From Deltaproteobacteria bacterium (GTDB taxonomy: Bacteria > Desulfobacterota > Binatia > UBA9968), in assembly GCA_030688735.1 (NCBI GenBank), contig JAUYJC010000602.1, forward strand, positions 1 to 62,547: a DNA stretch of 62,547 bases. Reading direction: 5' to 3'. The translations under genes were made by a program, and so were the position numbers. Below, piece by piece: positions 20,471 to 30,383 of the stretch (positions are counted from its first letter, which is position 1; every line of letters begins with the position of its first letter). The notes under the pieces were generated by a model. The model ran no database searches. It was not told where the DNA came from and was given only the letters and a program-made list of their open reading frames with translations.

Positions 20471-20974
20471 ATGAAGTTATCATTGTTGTTTTTCGCCGTC
20501 GGACTGATCCTGGTCCATCTTCAGACGACCTTGCTCCACCTGTTGCCGCTCGGTCCGATCGTGCCGGATTTTGTTCTCGTGCTCTGCGTCTACTGGGCTT
20601 TGTATCATCCGACGGTGGGCGCGGTTTTGGCTTCCTTCGTGTTGGGCTACTCGGTGGATGTCGTTTCCAGCCCGATTCTGGGACTCAATGCGTTCGCAAT
20701 GTCCATGGTTTTCCTCGCCGTGCACCTCAGCTCCCGCTCGATCTGGCTGCATGATCCGATGTCCAGCGCCATCGTCGTGCTACTGGCATCGTTGGTTAAG
20801 GGCGCCGCGCTGGCTCTGCTCTCGGCGGTATTTTTGAACGCCGAGCGCTTTTGGATTGGTGCTTTCCCCTATATAATTATCGAAGCAGTGATCGCGGCAG
20901 CGCTGGCTCCCATCGTCTTTGCCCTATTGCGGCGCGGCCAGAGCTATGTGGAACGATCCCGCGTCGCCGCTTAG
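20471..20974 (+). CDS. mreD: Rod shape-determining protein MreD
   Basis: Hydrophobic 167-aa protein with PD motif, between mreC and mrdA. Confidence 0.88.
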   Translation: MKLSLLFFAVGLILVHLQTTLLHLLPLGPIVPDFVLVLCVYWALYHPTVGAVLASFVLGYSVDVVSSPILGLNAFAMSMVFLAVHLSSRSIWLHDPMSSAIVVLLASLVKGAALALLSAVFLNAERFWIGAFPYIIIEAVIAAALAPIVFALLRRGQSYVERSRVAA

Positions 20975-20984
20975 GGAAACTGGA

Positions 20985-22865
20985 ATGGCTGTTTCGACCG
21001 GAATCAATAGGCAAGACGGCGCGCCCAAAGTGCGTGAGCGCGTTCGGTGGCTTTATGTGCTTGTGGTCCTCGCCTTCCTGGCGCTGATCACCCGGCTGGC
21101 ATTTTTGCAAATCTTCCAAGGCGAGCGCTTCACCTTTCTGTCGGAAAACAATCGCATCCGACTCAAAAGGATCGCCGGCACCCGCGGCATGATCTTCGAT
21201 CGCCAGGGGCAACTGCTGGTCGACAGCCGGCCTTCCTTCGATCTCATTTTCACCCCCGAGGACGCGGAGGACGCCACCGGCACGCTAAGTCAGCTGGCGC
21301 GATACCTAGGGCGCGACGAAAAAGAGTTGCTCGCCATCTTCGAGGCGAACAAGGAACGGCTCGCCTTCGAGGAGCTCACTTTGGGAAAGGACGTCGATTG
21401 GCCTACCGTCGTTGCGGTCGAAACCCATCAACTCGACTTGCCCGGCATCACGCTGCGCACGCGGCCGCGTCGCAACTACGCCGAAGGACCCAAGGGCGCA
21501 CATATCCTCGGTTATTTGGGTGAGATCGGACCGGAAGATTTAAAGGAACTAAAAAAGCAAGGCTACGCGTCGGGAGACGAGATGGGCCAGTACGGGTTGG
21601 AGCGCAGATGGGAAAACTTCCTGCGCGGTCAAAGCGGCGGGCAGCAGGTCGAGGTGGACGCGCTGGGACGGCGCATGCGCGTGCTCCACGAAGTGCCCGA
21701 CGTGCCTGGATACACCGTGCACCTGACGCTCGACCGCGAGCTTCAAGAAACCACCTTCGCTGCGCTGCAAGGGAAAGAAGGAACCGTCGTGGCGCTCGAC
21801 GTCAATTCCGGCGCGGTCCTAGCGATGGTCAGCACGCCCGCATTCGATCCCAACGTCTTCGCCCGCGGCGTGAAAGCCGAAGAGTGGCGCGCGCTGATCA
21901 AGGATCAATTGCGGCCGCTGAACAATCGCGCAACCCAGGGTCAATACCCTCCGGGTTCGACCTTCAAGATCATCATGGCCATCGCCGGCTTGGAAGAAGG
22001 AGTGCTCCAGCCGGAGAGCCAGATTTCCGATCCTGGTTTCTACTTTTTTGGCAACCGCCAATTCCGGGACTGGAAAAAAGGGGGGCACGGCGCTGTCGAT
22101 CTGCACAGGGCGATCGTCGAGTCTTGCGACGTTTACTTTTATCAATTGGGGACACGCCTCGGCATCGACAAGATTGCCAAGTGGGCGCGCGCCTTCGGCT
22201 TGGGAGAAAAGACCGGCATCGCGCTGGACGACGAAAAGAGCGGCCTCGTGCCGGACACCGAATGGAAAAGGAAAAGATTTCGCCAACCCTGGTTTCCGGG
22301 GGAAACGGTTTCGATTGCCATCGGCCAGGGTTACCTTACCGTGACGCCTCTGCAAATGGCCAACATGACCGCGGCCGTGGCGAACGGCGGAACCCTTTAT
22401 CGTCCCTGGATCGTGCGCAAAGTGGAGTCGGTGACCGGAGCAGTCATCCGCCAATACGGGCCGGAAAAGATTCGCAGCATCGCAATCAAGCCGGAAACCT
22501 TGGAGCGGCTGCACAACGGCCTCGCCGACGTAGTCAAACTTCCATCCGGCACCGGCGGCGCGGCGCGCACCAATATCGTCGCCATCGCCGGCAAGACGGG
22601 CACGGCTCAAGTCGTCGAGATGAAGGGCGCCTATCTCAAGAGCGAGCAACTCAGTTACTTTAACCGCGACCATGCCTGGTTTGTTTCCTACGCGCCGGTG
22701 GAGAATCCGCAGATCGCCGTCGCCGTCCTGGTCGAGCACGGCGGGCACGGCGGTTCCGCCGCCGCGCCGATAGCGAAAAAAGTGATCGAGAAATTCATCG
22801 AGCAACAGAACCGGCCCGCCGACCAAAACCAGGTGCGCGCCGAAGGGAACTCCCGTGCAAATTGA
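20985..22865 (+). CDS. mrdA: Penicillin-binding protein 2
   Basis: RGMIFDR, YPPGSTFK (SxxK), SCD, KTGTAQ, DHAWF. Confidence 0.96.
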   Translation: MAVSTGINRQDGAPKVRERVRWLYVLVVLAFLALITRLAFLQIFQGERFTFLSENNRIRLKRIAGTRGMIFDRQGQLLVDSRPSFDLIFTPEDAEDATGTLSQLARYLGRDEKELLAIFEANKERLAFEELTLGKDVDWPTVVAVETHQLDLPGITLRTRPRRNYAEGPKGAHILGYLGEIGPEDLKELKKQGYASGDEMGQYGLERRWENFLRGQSGGQQVEVDALGRRMRVLHEVPDVPGYTVHLTLDRELQETTFAALQGKEGTVVALDVNSGAVLAMVSTPAFDPNVFARGVKAEEWRALIKDQLRPLNNRATQGQYPPGSTFKIIMAIAGLEEGVLQPESQISDPGFYFFGNRQFRDWKKGGHGAVDLHRAIVESCDVYFYQLGTRLGIDKIAKWARAFGLGEKTGIALDDEKSGLVPDTEWKRKRFRQPWFPGETVSIAIGQGYLTVTPLQMANMTAAVANGGTLYRPWIVRKVESVTGAVIRQYGPEKIRSIAIKPETLERLHNGLADVVKLPSGTGGAARTNIVAIAGKTGTAQVVEMKGAYLKSEQLSYFNRDHAWFVSYAPVENPQIAVAVLVEHGGHGGSAAAPIAKKVIEKFIEQQNRPADQNQVRAEGNSRAN

Positions 22866-23958
22866 CCGGCGCCTTATCTCCCATTTCGATTGGACGCTGT
22901 TCCTGCTCGCCCTTGCCTTTGTGTTGATCGGCGTCACGACGATTTACAGCGCCAACTACGACATCATCCAGAAGCACGCCGGGGCTTTACCGGGACGCCA
23001 ACTCATGTGGTTGGGATTCGGGCTGATCGCGTTGTTTGCCGCTCTCACTTTTGACTACCACTATATCGACCGGCTTGCTTATCCCTTCTACGGCGCGATG
23101 TTTCTACTGTTGGTAGCGGTGCTTTTCCTCGGCCATTCCGGCGGCGGCTCGCAGCGCTGGATCAATCTCGGCCTTTTTAGATTGCAGCCGTCCGAGCCGG
23201 CGAAAATCGCCATCGTCTTAGTGATGGCGAAATATTTCCAGGATGACGAGCCTCAGCGGGGCTATTATTTGCGGGATCTCTGGGCGCCTTTCGCGCTGGC
23301 GGCGCCGCTGGTGCTGCTCACACTGGTGCAGCCGGACCTCGGCACCGCCATCATCCTGGGCGTCGTCTTCATTAGCATGATACTCATGGGCGGTCTGCGC
23401 ACCCGCTCTTTTCTTTACTTGGTCGGCGCGGGTTTGGCATTTCTCCCGGTCGCCTGGCATTTCTTGAAAACCTACCAGCGCAACCGCATCCTGACTTTTC
23501 TCGACCCCGATCGCGATCCGCTCGGGGCCGGTTACCATGTGATTCAATCGCAGATCGCCGTCGGCTCCGGCAAGCTTTTCGGCAAAGGCTACCTGCACGG
23601 CACGCAAAACCGGCTCGACTTCCTGCCGGCCCAGCATACCGATTTTATCTTCGCGGTTTTTTCCGAGGAATGGGGTTTTGTCGGATGCTTGGTTTTGCTG
23701 CTGCTCTATTTCGCGCTGCTCGTCTACTGCCTGGGACTCGTCCAGCGGGCGAAGGACCGCTTCGGCGCCCTGTTGGTGTTCGGCATGACCGCGATCTTTT
23801 TCTGGCATGTGACGATCAACGTAGCGATGGTTGTGGGACTCATGCCGGTCGTCGGTGTGCCGCTGCCGATGGTCAGCTACGGCGGCTCGGCGCTTGCCAC
23901 CATGATGTTCGCCATCGGCGTCATCATGAACGTCAGCATGCGCCGGTTTATCTTCTGA
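22855..23958 (+). CDS. rodA: Rod shape-determining protein RodA (SEDS family)
   Basis: QPSEPAK, QPDLGT, LPAQHTDFIF, GVPLPMVSYGGS. Confidence 0.96.
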   Translation: MQIDRRLISHFDWTLFLLALAFVLIGVTTIYSANYDIIQKHAGALPGRQLMWLGFGLIALFAALTFDYHYIDRLAYPFYGAMFLLLVAVLFLGHSGGGSQRWINLGLFRLQPSEPAKIAIVLVMAKYFQDDEPQRGYYLRDLWAPFALAAPLVLLTLVQPDLGTAIILGVVFISMILMGGLRTRSFLYLVGAGLAFLPVAWHFLKTYQRNRILTFLDPDRDPLGAGYHVIQSQIAVGSGKLFGKGYLHGTQNRLDFLPAQHTDFIFAVFSEEWGFVGCLVLLLLYFALLVYCLGLVQRAKDRFGALLVFGMTAIFFWHVTINVAMVVGLMPVVGVPLPMVSYGGSALATMMFAIGVIMNVSMRRFIF

Positions 23959-24120
23959 TCTTTTTCCGTTCCAAGTTCATTTTCAGCAGCGCTAAGTTGC
24001 GTGAAAAAGACCCCAGTCAAAGTTCACTGTCAGGGTCCGCTTTCCGGTAGCGTGGCAGTGGTTTCGAACGCACATTCTGCGGTGCCTAAAACTCGCAACG
24101 GGTTCCATCTAAAGGGTATG

Positions 24121-24711
24121 TTATTTCTGGGCGGCGGGATTGGCCTTGGCCGCATCGGGAGCCGCGTGGCCGCCCTGTTGCGGCAGGCCAGAAGCGTCGT
24201 CTTGCCTCGCTTCTACGACGTCTTGGATTGCCTCGAGAATCTGAACGTAGGCCCCGCAGCGGCAGATATTCCCGTTGAGATAGCGGCCAATCTGCTCCCT
24301 CGTCGGCTCAGAATACGCCTGCAGGAGTGCCTTGCAGGCCAGTAGCATCCCCGAGGTGCAGAAGCCGCACTGGGCTGCGCCGCGTCGGATGAAGGCCTCT
24401 TGGAGGGGATCCAGACCGTCTACTGGCGCCAGACCCTCGATCGTCGTCACACGCTTCCCCGATGCCTCGAAGGCCAGGTAGGTGCAGGAGCTGATCGGCT
24501 CTTCGTCAACCAGGACAGTGCAGGCCCCGCAGACTTGGGACTCGCACGAGCGTTTCGTCCCGGTGAGACGGAGCCGCTCGCGCACAAACTCCAGCAGAGT
24601 CTCTTCGGCGCGGACTTCGCCCTTCCACGGCCGGCCGTTGATCTGGAGGGCAACCGGCATCGTGTGCGACGTTTGTGGCATCGCGGACCCAGTGTGCAAG
24701 GCGTCGGCCAT
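24121..24711 (-). CDS. Mo-hydroxylase small 2x[2Fe-2S] subunit (CoxS/XdhC-like)
   Basis: GTKRSCESQVCGACTV, QCGFCTSG, GNICRCG. Confidence 0.93.
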   Translation of the reverse strand: MADALHTGSAMPQTSHTMPVALQINGRPWKGEVRAEETLLEFVRERLRLTGTKRSCESQVCGACTVLVDEEPISSCTYLAFEASGKRVTTIEGLAPVDGLDPLQEAFIRRGAAQCGFCTSGMLLACKALLQAYSEPTREQIGRYLNGNICRCGAYVQILEAIQDVVEARQDDASGLPQQGGHAAPDAAKANPAAQK

Positions 24712-24712
24712 C

Positions 24713-25579
24713 TCAATTGCTCCCGTTGGTGCCCACGGCCTGAGCGAGCGCTCGGCCCAAGAGCACCCCGGTCAGGTACGTCTTGTACGCCACTGATCCA
24801 TGCAGGTCGTCCACGGGCTTTAAGACCTCTCCGTAATGGCGCTGTGCCTCGCGCAAGATCTGCTGGCCATCGGCGAGTGTCGCGCCTTGCAGGCGCGACT
24901 CGAGTTCCTGTAGCCGCATGGGCACCGGGCCAACGCAGCTCACGGCCAGCCGCACGTCGGTGAGGCGTCCGTCGTGCTGGGCCGCCGCCACTGCCACACC
25001 CAGGGAGGGGCGCTCAAAACGCGCCGCGCGCAGGTAGGCGCTACCCATGCCTGGTGGCAGCGGCGCCACCTCCAGCTCGACCAAAAGCTCATCGGGCTCC
25101 AGCGCGGTCTCATAGGGTCCCATGAAAAACGTCTCGAGGCCCATCGTACGGCCGCCGCTGTGCTTGCCGATCTTGACCCTGGTGTCATAGACCAGCAGGA
25201 CTGGGGCAGGATCCGAATGCGGGTCGCCGAAGCAGAGACTCCCGCCAAGCGTGCCGACGTTACGCACGCGCACGTTTGCTACTAGTCCGGTAGCATGTTG
25301 CAGCAACGGCAGGTGCTCGGCCACCTCTGCCGACCTCTCCAGATGGCGATGGGTGACCGTGCCACCGATGTGCATCCTCTCGCCATCCCATGCCAGCTCG
25401 CCCAGTTCGGGGATTCTTTTGATATCCACCAGGTGGGTGTATTGGACGAGTCCCAGTCGCAGCCACAGGATGAGTTCAGTCCCCCCCGCATAGACCTTGG
25501 CGTCGTCTCCGAGACGGGCGAGTTCGGCAGACGCTTCGGTCACATTCGTGGGCTGGTACACGCGCAACGGCCTGAGCAT
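24713..25579 (-). CDS. Mo-hydroxylase FAD-binding medium subunit (CoxM-like)
   Basis: AGGTEL, VRNVGTLGGSL, DDLHGSVAYK. Confidence 0.92.
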   Translation of the reverse strand: MLRPLRVYQPTNVTEASAELARLGDDAKVYAGGTELILWLRLGLVQYTHLVDIKRIPELGELAWDGERMHIGGTVTHRHLERSAEVAEHLPLLQHATGLVANVRVRNVGTLGGSLCFGDPHSDPAPVLLVYDTRVKIGKHSGGRTMGLETFFMGPYETALEPDELLVELEVAPLPPGMGSAYLRAARFERPSLGVAVAAAQHDGRLTDVRLAVSCVGPVPMRLQELESRLQGATLADGQQILREAQRHYGEVLKPVDDLHGSVAYKTYLTGVLLGRALAQAVGTNGSN

Positions 25580-25593
25580 TTTGCCTCTCTTTG

Positions 25594-27876
25594 TTATGCA
25601 AGCTTCCCCAGGCCGCGCAGTAGCTTCTCCGGCGTGATGGGGAGTTCCTTGATGCGCACGCCCACCGCGTCAAAGACGGCATTGGCGATGGCTGGCGCTA
25701 TGGGACTCACGGAAGTCTGGGACATGCCCTTGGCGCCCAAGGGGCCAGGGCCATCGTGGTTTTCCACCATGATAGACGTGAAGCGCTGCGGGAGGTCATG
25801 GACGAGGGGCAGGCGGTACTGGAAGCTGTCGCCATTCAGGAGCTGGCCGTCGCCGTAGATCATCTCCTCGTACATCGCATCGCCCAAACCCATCACGCCG
25901 CCACCGTCGAGCTGGCTCTTACAAGCAACCGGGTGGACGGCCGTTCCCACGTCGGCCGCAATGGCGTATTGCAACAGGGTCACGTCGCCTGTCTGCGGGT
26001 CGACCTCCACCTCCGCCGCGCCGACACTGAGTTCCCAATGGGGGACAACGCCTTGCCACACGTTATCGGCGCGTGGTGTGCTGTAATGGCCTTTGCCTCT
26101 GACGACCAGGCTATGCGCAAGCGCGCTGATGACCCTGCCGACAGGATAAGGCCGTTCACCGTGCCACAACTGACCTGCCGCGTACTGCCACTCCTCGGGC
26201 GTCCCGCCGACGGCCTTGGCGGCGACCTCCAGGAGCTGCCGCTTGAGATCCTCGCAGGCCCGCTGGGCGGCCATCCCCATGGACACTGTGTCTCTGGAAC
26301 TCCCGATGCCGTCCGAGTAGGGCAAATCTGTGTGCGGGTGGGTCACCTCTATCTGGCTCTCGGGGACGCCCAGTGTCTCCACGGCAACGCGGGCCAGCAT
26401 GGTATAGAGACCCTGTCCAATCTCGGCCCCCGAGTGGAGGATACGGATGATGCCGCGGTTGTCCGCCGTGACCTCCACGTCGGAGACGCTGGCGCCGGAG
26501 TAGCCATGGCGCAAGGTTGCCGCGATCCCCCGACCGCGCACCGGGGTGGTGCCGGTATAGACGATATCGGCGGGCGGCCCAACGCGTTGTGAGCGGCCGT
26601 TCCAATTCAAGGCCGTGAGAGCACGACGGACGAGATCGTCCATATCCGTATCGAAGGGACCAACCGTCTCGATGAGACGCTCGCCACGGTGTAAGAAGTT
26701 GTGCCGGCGAAACGCCACCGGGTCCATCCCCAGCTTGCGGGCGATGGTATCGTAGTGGGACTCGTAGCCCCAGGTGGTCTGTGCTCTGCCGAGACTGCGA
26801 AAGGCGCCAGCCGGGACTTTGTTGGTGTAGTAGGAGCGACCGACGATCCGGAGATGGGGCACTCGGTACGGCCCCCACGCCAGCGAGGAGCCCCGTCGCG
26901 GCACGTTCATGGCGTTTCCCTGGGCATAGGCGCCCTTATCGAAGATGAGATCAATGTCCTGGGCCATAAGTGTGCCGTCGGCCTTGACACCGGTCTTGAC
27001 ATGGTACACGACGGCATGACGGCAGTCGCTGCGAAAGCTTTCCTCGGCGCTCGGCCTCAAGGTGACGGCACGCCCCGAACGGATGGCGAGGAAGATCGCG
27101 ATCAGGTGCTCGGTCTTAAGCTCCTTGGAGCCGAACCCGCCGCCCACGTAAGGAAACCCCACGCGCACCTTGTTGCGATCAAAGCCGAACATCGCCGCGA
27201 TGTCATCGCGGGAGCGGAAGGGGTGCTGAATCGGTGCGGTGAGTTCCAGCGTATCCCCGCGCACCTCGGCGATACAGCCCCCAAGATTCTCCATAGGGTA
27301 GTGGAAGACACTCTGAAACACGTAGGTGTCTTCGAGAATATGATCGGACTCGCGCCAACCCTGCTCGACATCACCCCAGCCGAAGTCGAACCGGCCCACC
27401 AGGTTGCCGGGACGCTTGTTGTGAATCACCGGCGCTTCAGGTTTGAGCGCCTCGCGAACGTCGAAGAGCATGGGGAGGCTTTCATAGGCCACCTCGATAC
27501 AGTCTAAGGCCTGCCGGGCAAGTGACGGGGTCTCTGCAGCCACAGCAGCAACGGGCTCTCCTTCATAGCGCACCTTCTCCAATGCGACTAAAGGAGCAGC
27601 CCCCTCACCCTCCGCGCCATAGGATGCCGGGTCCAGGAAAGGATTGAGGTTCCCGAGGTGCTCACGCGTGACCACGGCGTGCACACCTGGCAGCCGCTCG
27701 GCCTGCCGGGCATCGATGGAAACAAGACGTGCGTGGGCATAGGGAGAACGCAAAATAGCGCCGAAGAGAGTCCCCAGTGGTAAGGGCAGGTCCTCCGTGT
27801 AGACGGCCTGCCCCGTAACTTTCGGCAGCGCGTCAATACGCGGTGTCTGTACGGTAACGGTTCCCACGTCTTTCAT
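25594..27876 (-). CDS. Xanthine dehydrogenase-family molybdopterin-binding large subunit
   Basis: KVTGQAVY, RSPYAHA, VGGGFGSK, AFRSLG, EIGQG, GPLGAKG. Confidence 0.93.
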   Translation of the reverse strand: MKDVGTVTVQTPRIDALPKVTGQAVYTEDLPLPLGTLFGAILRSPYAHARLVSIDARQAERLPGVHAVVTREHLGNLNPFLDPASYGAEGEGAAPLVALEKVRYEGEPVAAVAAETPSLARQALDCIEVAYESLPMLFDVREALKPEAPVIHNKRPGNLVGRFDFGWGDVEQGWRESDHILEDTYVFQSVFHYPMENLGGCIAEVRGDTLELTAPIQHPFRSRDDIAAMFGFDRNKVRVGFPYVGGGFGSKELKTEHLIAIFLAIRSGRAVTLRPSAEESFRSDCRHAVVYHVKTGVKADGTLMAQDIDLIFDKGAYAQGNAMNVPRRGSSLAWGPYRVPHLRIVGRSYYTNKVPAGAFRSLGRAQTTWGYESHYDTIARKLGMDPVAFRRHNFLHRGERLIETVGPFDTDMDDLVRRALTALNWNGRSQRVGPPADIVYTGTTPVRGRGIAATLRHGYSGASVSDVEVTADNRGIIRILHSGAEIGQGLYTMLARVAVETLGVPESQIEVTHPHTDLPYSDGIGSSRDTVSMGMAAQRACEDLKRQLLEVAAKAVGGTPEEWQYAAGQLWHGERPYPVGRVISALAHSLVVRGKGHYSTPRADNVWQGVVPHWELSVGAAEVEVDPQTGDVTLLQYAIAADVGTAVHPVACKSQLDGGGVMGLGDAMYEEMIYGDGQLLNGDSFQYRLPLVHDLPQRFTSIMVENHDGPGPLGAKGMSQTSVSPIAPAIANAVFDAVGVRIKELPITPEKLLRGLGKLA

Positions 27877-27880
27877 GGGG

Positions 27881-28070
27881 CTTACCTTTTAGTTTAAGTG
27901 CTTAACAAGAACCACTTCAAGAAAGTTTATCGCGCCGAGACGCCAAGAGCGCAAAGAAAAATCTTTTTATTTTTCCAAACTCGGCGTGCTTTAGTCTTCG
28001 CGCGAGTCATCTTTTTTTTCAGATTCCTTCAGCCATAAGCCAACTAAGAATTTCAAATATCTTTGCTTAG
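27881..28070 (-). mobile_element. About 190-bp MITE-like element (copy 1)
   Basis: Reverse complement resembles 45641-45812: shared CTAnnCAAAnnTATTTGAAATTC end, CGCCAAG/GCGCAAAG internal repeats and a GGTAAG motif near the other end. Confidence 0.6.
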
Positions 28071-28383
28071 GCGTTCCTCCCGGGAACGAGCGTCGCTAAC
28101 GTCGCAGAAGATCATCATGTCGCTCCTCAGGCGGGTTGGTTGTACCCCATTTTTTCCTCCGCGTCCACTTGCACCGCTGCAGCCGGTCAGGCGGGTTTGG
28201 CCAGCTTGGAAGCTGCCTTCAGACACGGTATCGCTACGGGCAGCCGGTCTGGTTATTAACAAGATTGACTCCGACGAACAGATTCTGATAAGCCAGTCGC
28301 TGGGGACTGACGAGCTTTACCCGTCGTGTCGGGTTGACAGGGAAGGCAACAGTCAAGACATCCAGGAGCAGAGGGGAACGACG

Positions 28384-29373
28384 ATGATTAAGTCCATATT
28401 GCGCGGGTTGACATTTCTAGCGGTCCTGTTTCCAACTTTTGGCGGCTATCTCTTGGCTGCCCAAATGTATGCGGTCTGGACCAGCGAGGCGGGAGTTTAC
28501 GCTCCCGTGTGGGTTACGAAAGAGGCCGGGTTTTTTGAAAAATATGGAAACCAGGTGCAGCTCATATTTATCCAGGGCGCGACCTCTGCGGCGGCGGCTT
28601 TGATTTCCGGAGACGCCCACATCGCCTACATGTCGCCCCAGGTGGCGATTACGAGCACCCTGAAGGGGCTTGATCTCGTCATGCTTGCCCGGATGGGGAA
28701 CTTCATTGAAAATCAGATCTTTGGCAGAAAGGGTATAACCAGCCTGAAACAGATCAAGAGCCTGGCCGTCAGCCGGTTCGGGAGCAGCGCCGATTTTGTC
28801 GGACGGGTTTTGGTCGAGCGCGAGGGACTTAAGCCCGACAGCGAAGTTGCCTTCTTGCAGTTTGGAAATCAGTCCAGCCGGCTGGCAGCCATAGAAACAG
28901 GCAGGGCCGATGCCGCAATTTTGACTCCTCCAATAACCTTGCAGGCGAGAAAAATGGGCTTCCCGCTCCTCGCGGATGGCATGAAGCTACAGATTCCCTA
29001 CTCCAGCAACATGATGGTGGTCCGCCGCTCCTATCTGGATAAGAATCGAGAGGCGGTCCGCAATGCCTTGAAAGCGCTGATCGAGGGGGTGCATTCCTTC
29101 AAGGCCAATAAAGAGCACACCATCAAGGTGATCTCTAAATACTTGAAGATTCAGGACCGCGAGGTTGCTGAAGAAAATATTCGCGGCTACGACTTTCCTT
29201 TGAAGCCTTATCCCGCAAAGGAATACTTTGATCTTCCTATCCAGGAAGTCGCCAAAAGAGAACCCAGAGTTTTAAAAGAAAACCCCGCGCGTTTTGCCGA
29301 TTCCTCTCTGGTCAAAGAGTTGGATGAGAGCGGATTCATAGATAAATTGACTAGAGATTACGGTCTAAAATAG
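28384..29373 (+). CDS. ABC-type substrate-binding protein (NMT1/THI5/SsuA-like), orphan
   Basis: Signal peptide, EAGFFEKYG, SRFGSSAD, D.SLVKELDESGFID; start moved to ATG 28384. Confidence 0.85.
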   Translation: MIKSILRGLTFLAVLFPTFGGYLLAAQMYAVWTSEAGVYAPVWVTKEAGFFEKYGNQVQLIFIQGATSAAAALISGDAHIAYMSPQVAITSTLKGLDLVMLARMGNFIENQIFGRKGITSLKQIKSLAVSRFGSSADFVGRVLVEREGLKPDSEVAFLQFGNQSSRLAAIETGRADAAILTPPITLQARKMGFPLLADGMKLQIPYSSNMMVVRRSYLDKNREAVRNALKALIEGVHSFKANKEHTIKVISKYLKIQDREVAEENIRGYDFPLKPYPAKEYFDLPIQEVAKREPRVLKENPARFADSSLVKELDESGFIDKLTRDYGLK

Positions 29374-29741
29374 AGAAACCACTGATGATGTCTGATTCGC
29401 GGAAGGGAATTTTTGGCATACCTCGCCGGGATCCTTCAAAAAGACAAAAGCCCGATTCCTTTTTTTCAGACGAACGAATCCATCTGATAGGGAATCGGGC
29501 TCCCATCCTCAATCCGGTTCGCCTGTGCGTGCCCGCACGCAGTCAAGCCAATGTTCGGGCAGATCTTTTACCGACGTACATGATGATGTTGCTCAATCCT
29601 CAAGAAGGGAACCCGACACGAATTTTTTTGAGCGGTTTGCTTTGCGAGAAGCCGGATGGGACAAAAGGGGCCGGGGTCAGGCGGGATATTTGCTATTTCT
29701 AAACTTCGGACTTCGAACTTCGGGGCCAGGTTTTGCAATCC

Positions 29742-29770
29742 CTAGAGGCGCGCCATGGCCCGTCCTCTAC
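29742..29770 (-). repeat. GTAG-type REP-like hairpin next to the right island repeat
   Basis: Reverse complement GTAGAGGACGGGCCATGGCGCGCCTCTAG. Confidence 0.5.
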
Positions 29771-29787
29771 GACCGGAGTTTGGTGGC

Positions 29788-29911
29788 GGGACTCATGCCG
29801 GTCGTCGGTGTGCCGCTGCCGATGGTCAGTTATGGCGGGTCGGCGCTCGCTTCCATGATGTTCGCCATCGGCGTGATCATGAACGTCAGCATGCGCCGGT
29901 TTATCTTTTAG
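29788..29911 (+). pseudogene. Orphan duplicate of the rodA 3' end (about 40 codons; attR-like)
   Basis: Encodes GLMPVVGVPLPMVSYGGSALASMMFAIGVIMNVSMRRFIF*. Confidence 0.9.
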
Positions 29912-29951
29912 GAACCGTTCAAAGGGTTCAAGTCGGGGGAATCAGTTGAGC

Positions 29952-30278
29952 CTATTGCAGGGCTTTTTCGATGGCGCTCACCAACTTCGCTTTCGGGACC
30001 GCGCCGACGATCTGCTCCTTCACCGCACCGCCCTTTAGGATGATCAGATTAGGGATACCGCGGATGCCGTAGCGAGAAGCGGTGGCGGGATGGTCGTCGA
30101 CGTTGAGCTTCGCCACTTTCAATTTGCCTTCGTATTCGCCGGCCAGTTCTTCCACAATCGGCGCGATGGATTTGCACGGGCCGCACCAGGGAGCCCAAAA
30201 ATCGACCAGCACCGGCAGCGCCGACTGAATGACTTCAGTTTCAAAATTGTTGTCGCCTACCTCGGTAATCTTTCCCAT
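29952..30278 (-). CDS. trxA: Thioredoxin
   Basis: DFWAPWCGPCK, 108 aa. Confidence 0.97.
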   Translation of the reverse strand: MGKITEVGDNNFETEVIQSALPVLVDFWAPWCGPCKSIAPIVEELAGEYEGKLKVAKLNVDDHPATASRYGIRGIPNLIILKGGAVKEQIVGAVPKAKLVSAIEKALQ

Positions 30279-30383
30279 GATGCCCGCCTCCTTATAATTT
30301 CCGCGTTTCGAGTCTCGCGTTTCGAGTTTCTGGTTCTTCGGAACAGCGCCGCCAGTGACGCACTCTCGCAGCGAATTACCAAG

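Larger units (their letters stand above)
23835..29911. mobile_element. Putative integrated island (about 5.8 kb cargo) at the rodA 3' end, bounded by 124-bp direct repeats; no integrase present
   Basis: 23835-23958 and 29788-29911 are copies of the rodA 3' end: first 42 bp identical, then about 10 mostly synonymous differences. Confidence 0.75.

Noticed and set aside
21819-22937. 372-aa antisense ORF (similarly 48126-49127, 57174-58433, 26701-27507)
   Set aside because: Shadow frames opposite well-supported genes in GC-rich DNA, with no recognisable motifs
24121-27876. Aerobic CO dehydrogenase (coxMSL)
   Set aside because: The active-site loop is AFRSLG, not AYxCSFR or AYxGAGR, and no cox accessory genes are present
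29525-29911. 128-aa ORF as a second rodA-like gene
   Set aside because: Only the last ~40 codons match RodA; the remainder crosses repeats and non-coding sequence
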